A stretch of DNA of 46,022 nt from an uncultured archaeon (GTDB lineage Archaea > Halobacteriota > Archaeoglobi > Archaeoglobales > Archaeoglobaceae), in contig CAZKQI010000001.1 of the NCBI GenBank assembly GCA_964554855.1, positions 1 through 46,022 of the forward strand, given 5' to 3'. The stretch's first letter is position 1. Each line of letters begins with the position of its first letter. A program made the position numbers and the translations under genes. Below are positions 38,939-46,022 of the stretch, in pieces. Under the pieces are notes generated by a model. That model saw only the letters and a list, made by a program, of their open reading frames with translations. It did no database searches and had not been told where the DNA came from.

Positions 38939-39248
38939 TTAGAAGAAAGTTTTCCGCAATATCTCCAAAAAACGGAAACTTATAATATTCACCAATGTAC
39001 GCCTTGTACATCCCCACGATCCAAAGAGCTACAGCTATTATGTTTACCAATCCAGCAATTATCCAGCCTATGAAAGGAATTAATCTTGAAATTCCAGCTA
39101 AGATCCAGAGAGCTATGAAAGTAACTGTAGACTGCATTGCATGAAATCGAACGAAATCATGCCTTTCAATTAAAAGAAGGACTATACCACTTATAGGCCC
39201 AAAGAGATATGCTAAAGCTCCTTTAACTCTTGGTTCAAGAATTGTCAT
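38931..39248 (-). CDS. DUF4870-family small membrane protein
   Basis: ALAYL...FVRFHAMQS...KAYIGEYYKFP; three TM segments. Confidence 0.85.
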   Translation of the reverse strand: MTILEPRVKGALAYLFGPISGIVLLLIERHDFVRFHAMQSTVTFIALWILAGISRLIPFIGWIIAGLVNIIAVALWIVGMYKAYIGEYYKFPFFGDIAENFLLKL

Positions 39249-39840
39249 GTTTATCCCTCTCTTTAAAATTTTTTAAAGTATTTAGAACAACTTTCAAAAC
39301 ATCTCTTTTTACTTCATTCAATTTCCTCTCAGCATCAATTATAACAATATTATTTTTCAAATTTAAAAATATTTCCCTTACCTTCTTAAGATATTCCAAA
39401 TCTTCGAATCTGTCAGGCTTTCTTTTTGTTTTTATTCTTCTTAATGCTGTTTCAGGGCTAACATCAAGTATAATAATTAAATCGGGTTTTGGGAAGGTCT
39501 CATTCATCTTTCTTATATATTCAACGTCTATTCCCAAAGCACCTTGGTAAGCTATCGTTGAATAGTAATATCTGTCCATTATTACTATCTTTCCCTCTTT
39601 GAGAGCAGGTAAAACATTATTTTGAACATTCCATTCTCTATCTTTAACAAAAAGCTCAAGCTCTTCAAAAGGATTTGTTTTCCTACTCCTCAAAATTTGC
39701 CTTATTTTCTTACCATACTCACTGTTTGTTGGTTCTTTAAGAACAACAACATCGTATCCTCTCTTTCTTAGCTCATCAGCAATATAATTTGTTACTGTAG
39801 TCTTTCCCGATCCATCTATACCCTCAATTGCAATCAGCAT
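39235..39840 (-). CDS. tmk: Thymidylate kinase
   Basis: IEGIDGSGKTT, KEPT, DRYYYSTIAYQ. Confidence 0.96.
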   Translation of the reverse strand: MLIAIEGIDGSGKTTVTNYIADELRKRGYDVVVLKEPTNSEYGKKIRQILRSRKTNPFEELELFVKDREWNVQNNVLPALKEGKIVIMDRYYYSTIAYQGALGIDVEYIRKMNETFPKPDLIIILDVSPETALRRIKTKRKPDRFEDLEYLKKVREIFLNLKNNIVIIDAERKLNEVKRDVLKVVLNTLKNFKERDKHDNS

Positions 39841-39903
39841 TGAATACAAACTTGTTAGAGTGTAATAAAAGGATTTGCAAATTAAGCAAACGAACTAAAT
39901 AAA

Positions 39904-39978
39904 TGCTCCGGCCGGGATTTGAACCCGGGTCACGGGCTCGAAAGGCCCGTATGATTGGCCGGGCTACACCACCGGAGC
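39904..39978 (-). tRNA. tRNA-Glu (anticodon TTC), no intron, CCA not encoded
   Basis: Reverse complement GCTCCGGTGGTGTAGCCCGGCCAATCATACGGGCCTTTCGAGCCCGTGACCCGGGTTCAAATCCCGGCCGGAGCA folds as a cloverleaf. Confidence 0.97.
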
Positions 39979-40000
39979 TAAAACATAAATATAAAGAGGT

Positions 40001-40015
40001 GTTTAAAATACTTTC
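40001..40015 (-). promoter_or_regulatory. BRE/TATA promoter of tRNA-Glu
   Basis: Minus strand GAAAGTA-TTTTAAAC, with the TATA 24-30 nt upstream of the tRNA 5' end. Confidence 0.65.
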
Positions 40016-40016
40016 G

Positions 40017-41024
<1,008 letters not shown>

Positions 41025-41052
41025 TTATTTAAATTGTTTTCCAATTTTCAGC

Positions 41053-41328
41053 ATGGCGATTGTTGAGGATGTGATAAACTTGCTTGAGAAAGAAGCTTTG
41101 ACCGTTAGAGAAATATGCTATAGATTGGGTTTAGAAGTTGAAAGAGAGAAGGAAATTTATGCTTTAATAAACAAGATTGCAAAGATAGTTAGAAGGAAGG
41201 GAAAAAGACTTATGATGATATCACCAAGATGCAAAAATTGCGGATTTGAATTCAGTAAGCACAAAGCGACCAAATGCCCAAGATGTAAGAGTGAAAGAAT
41301 TGAACCTGCAAGATTTATCATTAAATGA
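41053..41328 (+). CDS. HTH plus Zn-ribbon transcriptional regulator (COG3357-like)
   Basis: LTVREIC helix-turn-helix region; CKNCGF and CPRCKSERIEP. Confidence 0.85.
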   Translation: MAIVEDVINLLEKEALTVREICYRLGLEVEREKEIYALINKIAKIVRRKGKRLMMISPRCKNCGFEFSKHKATKCPRCKSERIEPARFIIK

Positions 41329-41800
41329 TGAAAATTGCAGCTGCAACGACAGTAGTATAATTTTCAACTTTAGCTTTAGCTGTAACATTGAAAACTTTTG
41401 CCGCTTTAACATTGAAAGCTGTTTCAAGCATATATTTTGCATTTTCCTCAGCGTATTTACCAACATCTTCCTTCTCATCACAATAACCCATATATTCAGT
41501 AATATAACCGTTTAAATTCTTGTTCTCTGGTATTGCTACACCTATACTAGCATAGATAGTTTTTCCTACCTCATTACTCGTAAACTTTGCCATAACACAG
41601 AAAACTATCTGTCCCGGTTTCAATTCCTTCAATCCCTCTTCCCTACTAACTTCAATACAGTTCGGTGGATAAACGCTACTCACTGGAACTAGATTGAACT
41701 TTTCTATTCTTGCATCTCTCAAAGCAAGCTCAAAGCTAACCAGAGGATCTTCATGCCTTCCGACGCCTTTCGTGAAGAATACTTTTCTCGGTAAAAGCAT
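41321..41800 (-). CDS. pdaD: Pyruvoyl-dependent arginine decarboxylase
   Basis: SFELALRDA...NLVPVSSVYPP (Ser-Ser cleavage site), GYITE. Confidence 0.9.
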   Translation of the reverse strand: MLLPRKVFFTKGVGRHEDPLVSFELALRDARIEKFNLVPVSSVYPPNCIEVSREEGLKELKPGQIVFCVMAKFTSNEVGKTIYASIGVAIPENKNLNGYITEYMGYCDEKEDVGKYAEENAKYMLETAFNVKAAKVFNVTAKAKVENYTTVVAAAIFII

Positions 41801-41862
41801 CAAATCAATAAAATTTCAGATCGATATTTAAAGATTTTCTAATTGAAAAAGTAGATAAACGC

Positions 41863-42927
41863 ATGCTAAGAACTCTAAGCATGAGAACAATATATTGGGA
41901 GGAGAATGCAGTAAAACTGATAGATCAGACTGTTTTACCCGATAAATTCGAAATTTTAACTTGCAGAAGTGTTGATGAGTTGGCAAATGCTATAAAGAGG
42001 TTGGCTGTTAGAGGTGCACCGGCTTTAGAAGCGAGTGGTGCCTATGGTATTGCTCTAGCTTGTTATGAGAGAGATTTTAAAAATATTGAAGAATTGAAAG
42101 AACATGTTAAAAGTAGAGCAGATTTACTATCTTCAACAAGACCTACAGCTGTAAATCTTTTCTATGGAATTGAAAGAGTCTTAAAAGTTGTTTTTTCCTG
42201 CAATGATGTTGAAGAGGCTAGAAAAAGGGCTTTGAATGAAGCTGAAAGGATTGCTGAAGAGGATGTAAAGAGGAATAAGCTTATGGGAAAGTATGGGGCA
42301 GAGCTTTTGGAAGATGGTGATACCGTATTAACTTACTGTAACACTGGAAGGCTTGCAACTGTGGATTGGGGAACTGCTTTAGGAGTTGTAAGAAGTGCAG
42401 TTGAACAGGGGAAGAGAATAAGTGTAATTGCATGTGAAACTCGCCCTTTAAATCAGGGTTCCCGTCTAACATGCTGGGAATTGATGCAGGATGGAATAGA
42501 TGTCATGTTAATTACAGATAATATGGTTGGAATTGTAATGAAAAGAGGAATGGTAGACAAGGTTTTAGTAGGAGCTGATAGAATTGTTAGAGATGGAGTT
42601 TTCAACAAGATAGGTACATATACTGTTGCAATAGTTGCAAAAGAGCATGATGTTCCTTTCTACGTTGTTGCACCTCTTACAACATTTGATTGGAAGAAAA
42701 CTGTAAATGATGTTGTAATAGAGGAGAGAAGTAGGGAAGAATTGATATACTGTCATGTAAAGTGCAAGAAATCTTTCATAGCACCAAAAAATGTTAAAGT
42801 TTTCAATCCAGCATTTGATGCAACTCCATTGAATTACGTCACAGCTTTAATAACTGAGAAGGGAGTAATATATCCTCCATACGATGAGAATGTTCCAAAA
42901 ACGTTATCTACTGAAAGAAGACTTTAG
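41863..42927 (+). CDS. mtnA: Methylthioribose-1-phosphate isomerase (eIF2B-like family)
   Basis: IDQTVLP, VRGAP, RPTAVNL, CNTGRLAT, ETRPLNQGSRLT, NKIGTY, NPAFD; start may be 41881. Confidence 0.92.
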   Translation: MLRTLSMRTIYWEENAVKLIDQTVLPDKFEILTCRSVDELANAIKRLAVRGAPALEASGAYGIALACYERDFKNIEELKEHVKSRADLLSSTRPTAVNLFYGIERVLKVVFSCNDVEEARKRALNEAERIAEEDVKRNKLMGKYGAELLEDGDTVLTYCNTGRLATVDWGTALGVVRSAVEQGKRISVIACETRPLNQGSRLTCWELMQDGIDVMLITDNMVGIVMKRGMVDKVLVGADRIVRDGVFNKIGTYTVAIVAKEHDVPFYVVAPLTTFDWKKTVNDVVIEERSREELIYCHVKCKKSFIAPKNVKVFNPAFDATPLNYVTALITEKGVIYPPYDENVPKTLSTERRL

Positions 42928-42930
42928 AAC

Positions 42931-43797
42931 ATGAGAATTCATCCAATATGTCTGTCATGCTTACTGAACAGAGCGTATATGGAAAGCAGATTTGTTACAG
43001 ATGATGAAAATTTGATATTTGAGGCTGTTGGAGAGGCTTTGAAGATTTTATACAATAAATATTTTACAAGAGGTATAAATGCTCACATAGCTACTGAGAT
43101 GCATAGAAGAGTTTATGATGTTTTAGGTGTTAAAGATCCGTATAAAGGAGTTAAGGAGAGGGCAAACAAAATTGCAATGGAAAATTTACCAATAATAAGA
43201 GCTTTTGTGGAAAATCAGTCAGACGTTTTCAAAGCTTCTGCAATAGCTTCTATAATAGCAAATACTTTCGACTACGGAGTTATGGGACATGAAGTTGAAG
43301 ATGAAAACTTTCTAACATTCTTTATAAGTGAGTTTAAGAGGGGTTTGAGAATAGATGATCTCGATGAGGTTAGAGAGCTTTGCAGTGGTAAGGTTTGCTA
43401 TTTAACTGATAACTGCGGTGAGATTGTAGTAGATACCCTCTTTATGAAAGAGATAAAGAAGATCTGTGAGAGGATTACTGTTGTCGTAAGGGGAAGACCG
43501 ATAATAAGTGATGCAACACTCGAAGATGCTTTGAATGTTGGCATAGACAAAATAGCCGATGAAATACTTACGAATGGAAAGGGGGCAATAGGTATAATAG
43601 AGGAAGAGTTGCCAAATGATACACTCGAAAGGCTTGAGAATTCTGATATCATAATAGCAAAAGGTATGGCAAATTATGAGAGTTTATCTGAAAGCAGATT
43701 CAAACCAATAGCATTTCTTCTCAAAGCCAAATGCGAACCAGTAGCAAAAGATATTGGTGTTGATGTGGGAGATATGGTTGCAATGCTCAGACGATAA
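42931..43797 (+). CDS. DUF89/ARMT1-like damage-control phosphatase
   Basis: CLSC N-terminus, DPY, DNCGE, KGMANYESL, KAKC. Confidence 0.9.
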   Translation: MRIHPICLSCLLNRAYMESRFVTDDENLIFEAVGEALKILYNKYFTRGINAHIATEMHRRVYDVLGVKDPYKGVKERANKIAMENLPIIRAFVENQSDVFKASAIASIIANTFDYGVMGHEVEDENFLTFFISEFKRGLRIDDLDEVRELCSGKVCYLTDNCGEIVVDTLFMKEIKKICERITVVVRGRPIISDATLEDALNVGIDKIADEILTNGKGAIGIIEEELPNDTLERLENSDIIIAKGMANYESLSESRFKPIAFLLKAKCEPVAKDIGVDVGDMVAMLRR

Positions 43798-43829
43798 TTT
43801 TAAAATGTCTCAGTATTCAAATTATCAGA

Positions 43830-44414
43830 ATGAAAGAAGATAGAGAAAGAGCATTGATAGAGCTTTTTAGGGCGTTAGATGGAATATACGGGCCAAATTA
43901 TGAATGCAAATATTATCCTTGCCATTTCTATGGTCAAGATTGCACCTTCTGCTACTGCCCCTTTTACCCCTGCCTAATATACGATCTTGGAGGAGATTTG
44001 GTATTGACAGAAGATGGATACATTTGGAGTTGCAAGAACTGCACATACGTTCATGAAAGGAATATTGCCGAAGAAATAGTTTACAGACTTGGAGGGTATT
44101 CTAGGCAGAGATTGGCTGAGGAAGATTGGTTCTTTTACAATAAAATTCTTCAGGAGATGATATACGGAGAAGAGAAAGGTGTTTGGATTGACAATTCTTA
44201 CAACCTTATGCCAGCAATCCTTAGAGGTAAGGACTGTGAATTTGTGAGTGATGTTGAATTTTTGGCTATCACAATCGATGACTTTGAAATTGTTGATGTC
44301 AGAAAGATAAGAGATTTAAGCGATGCTTATGGAGAGATAATAATTCCTCTAAAGATCGGGGGGGAGTTGTACGGTATAGATTTGGAAGGTAGAAGGGTAG
44401 TTTGCAAAATCTGA
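43830..44414 (+). CDS. Cysteine-rich small domain (zf-like) protein
   Basis: CKYYPCH...CTFCYCPFYPC...WSCKNCTYVH. Confidence 0.82.
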   Translation: MKEDRERALIELFRALDGIYGPNYECKYYPCHFYGQDCTFCYCPFYPCLIYDLGGDLVLTEDGYIWSCKNCTYVHERNIAEEIVYRLGGYSRQRLAEEDWFFYNKILQEMIYGEEKGVWIDNSYNLMPAILRGKDCEFVSDVEFLAITIDDFEIVDVRKIRDLSDAYGEIIIPLKIGGELYGIDLEGRRVVCKI

Positions 44415-44449
44415 GAAAAAGTAATTAACAAATTGAAGAATTTTCATGC

Positions 44450-45241
44450 ATGTGGAGAACTTGGTTTGGTAAAGTAGAAGAGAAAAATGGGAAATACATA
44501 GTTAAAAAGGCTGATGATTTCATTAAAGCCTTCAGAAATTCTGAAAATTTAGAACCTCTTCCATTCAATTTGCCAGATATTGGCTTAAATGTCTTCAAAT
44601 CAATTGAAGATTATTATAAAAATCTAAGAAAAGTTGCAATTGCTGTAACTGAGGAGGATGTTGAAAGGGAGTTAAAGAGAGAGGACAGATATGCAATTCT
44701 ACTTCTCAAAGCACTTGATAAGTTGAACGAATCTATAAACATGCTTGAGGAAAAGCTTAGAGATGTTGAAGAAGTTAAGATAAGCGAAGTTACTGAGAAG
44801 TTCAGAGAAAATATTGATAGGCTAAGATTATTGAGAAGGAATATTGAGAAGGAAATTGAAGATATAGTAACTAAAATTGCCCCAAATCTCTCAGAAATCG
44901 CAGGCCCTTTGATAACTGCAAGACTGTTGGAGAAAGCTGGAAGCTTGGAAAGATTTGCATTCTTACCGGGTAGCAAGATTCAGATTTTGGGTGCAGAGAA
45001 AAGCTTATACAAGGCTCTGGCAAGAATGAGGAGAGGTAAAAGAGCAAAAACTCCGAAACATGGTATAATATTCCTCCATCCATTCATAAGATCTTTGCCA
45101 AAGAAGAAAAGAGGGAAGATGGCAAGGTATATGGCTGCAAAATTGGCTATAGCAGCAAGATTAGATTACTTCAGAGGAGAACTTGATGAAAAGCTTTCAG
45201 AAGAGGTTAGAAGAAAGTATGAGGAATTGAGGAGAAAGTAA
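44450..45241 (+). CDS. nop5: Box C/D RNP protein Nop5 (short Archaeoglobales type)
   Basis: TWFG N-terminus, APNL, IQILGAEKSL, PKHGII, GKMARYMAAKLAIAARLD. Confidence 0.94.
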   Translation: MWRTWFGKVEEKNGKYIVKKADDFIKAFRNSENLEPLPFNLPDIGLNVFKSIEDYYKNLRKVAIAVTEEDVERELKREDRYAILLLKALDKLNESINMLEEKLRDVEEVKISEVTEKFRENIDRLRLLRRNIEKEIEDIVTKIAPNLSEIAGPLITARLLEKAGSLERFAFLPGSKIQILGAEKSLYKALARMRRGKRAKTPKHGIIFLHPFIRSLPKKKRGKMARYMAAKLAIAARLDYFRGELDEKLSEEVRRKYEELRRK

Positions 45242-45247
45242 ATATTA

Positions 45248-45415
45248 TCAGCTCACCAATAATCTTGAAGTGTAAGCCGGAACTTTAATTACCAATTTTT
45301 TAGGGTTTCCATAGAACTCTTCTCCAGATAAAATATCAGGTTCTGTTAACTTATCGTTGTAAGGTAGAGTGGGGTAGTAGGGAGCAGTAAACTTTAAAAA
45401 CTTTAAACATATACC
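45248..45415 (-). pseudogene. Start-less 3' gene remnant, possibly a glycosidase C-terminal beta domain
   Basis: Open frame ...FTAPYYPTLPYNDKLTEPDILSGEEFYGNPKKLVIKVPAYTSRLLVS-stop, with no usable start after an upstream TAA. Confidence 0.4.
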
Positions 45416-45525
45416 TTATTATAGTGTTTGAAACGCTCAAATTGGAGTTTTACGTTCCTCGTGCTTTAGAAGAAACTCCAGATGTTAAAGAGAAAGGTTT
45501 AAAACAAATTTAATCTTACGGAGGT

Positions 45526-46022
45526 ATGATGATGTCAGGAAATAACCAAATTGGTAAAGAATTGATAGAGAAAATAGAAGAAAAACGACAAAGTAAAGTG
45601 ATAGTGTATTTCACTGGGGACAGACGTCCTTTTGGCGCACGCATTGCGGAAGACGCTGTAAGACCATTATATGATCATCTCCTAAGTTTAGAATTTAAGG
45701 AAGATAAAAAAACGTATAGACCTCTTTCTGTATAGTAGAGGTGGAGATGTAAGTGTGCCTTGGAGAATTGTTAGTATGATAAGAGAATTTTGTGATGAAT
45801 TTAATGTGTTAATACCTTACAGAGCTCAGAGTGCCGCTACTTTACTATCCATGGGTGCAGATAATATTATAATGGGAAAGAAAGCAGAATTAGGACCTAT
45901 TGATCCAACACTAGTTAAAGCTACGATAGGTGAAACTGCAGTACCACCTCGGGAGATTGAAGTTGAAGATGTTAACTCATTTTTATCATTTGTGAAAGAA
46001 AGAGCCAATATTAACGATCAAG
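45526..46022 (+). pseudogene. SDH/ClpP-fold serine protease, frameshifted at an A7 run and running off the window edge
   Basis: Frame 0 reads to ...EDKK; the +1 frame continues RIDLFLYSRGGDV...IPYRAQSAATLLSMGADNIIMG...LGPIDP. Confidence 0.8.

Noticed and set aside
39850-39978. Integrated element at the tRNA-Glu 3' end
   Set aside because: No integrase or duplicated tRNA 3' end was seen; housekeeping genes flank it directly.
45424-45513. 29-codon GTG ORF and 8-bp inverted repeat TGGAGTTT/AAACTCCA (45443-45480)
   Set aside because: Too short, no SD or recognisable motif; chance occurrence cannot be excluded.

Overview
This 46 kb window is gene-dense, AT-rich (about one-third GC by eye) euryarchaeal chromosome, most consistent with Archaeoglobales: the MinD closely resembles Archaeoglobus MinD, Nop5 is the short type, and MqnA is present. 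Most genes are housekeeping: trpS, mqnA, two Nop2/Sun m5C methyltransferases, bioYMN with a BirA-type operator, a GTPBP, hemL-hemC-cobA, engB, Sec61beta, purA, aRF1, uppS, purQ, tmk, tRNA-Glu(TTC), ilvC, pdaD, mtnA and nop5. The standout is a tightly coupled 14-gene minus-strand operon (30990 to 23441). It joins two V4R-type proteins, an MvhAG-like [NiFe]-hydrogenase lacking the cleavable C-terminal extension and a ferredoxin to several Roadblock-like proteins, a predicted glycosylated membrane coiled-coil protein, MinD and a DUF2226 protein. This is a candidate H2/redox-sensing system wired to a MinD/Roadblock spatial-regulation module. Other notable items are an mpgS-mpgP operon ending in a GH38 that seems to lack its acid/base Asp, a box H/ACA guide RNA and a 56-aa ferredoxin that are not in the ORF track, nop5 without a downstream fibrillarin, a frameshifted ClpP-fold protease, and decayed gene fragments at both ends. 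All family assignments come from motif recognition by eye; no database searches were run.
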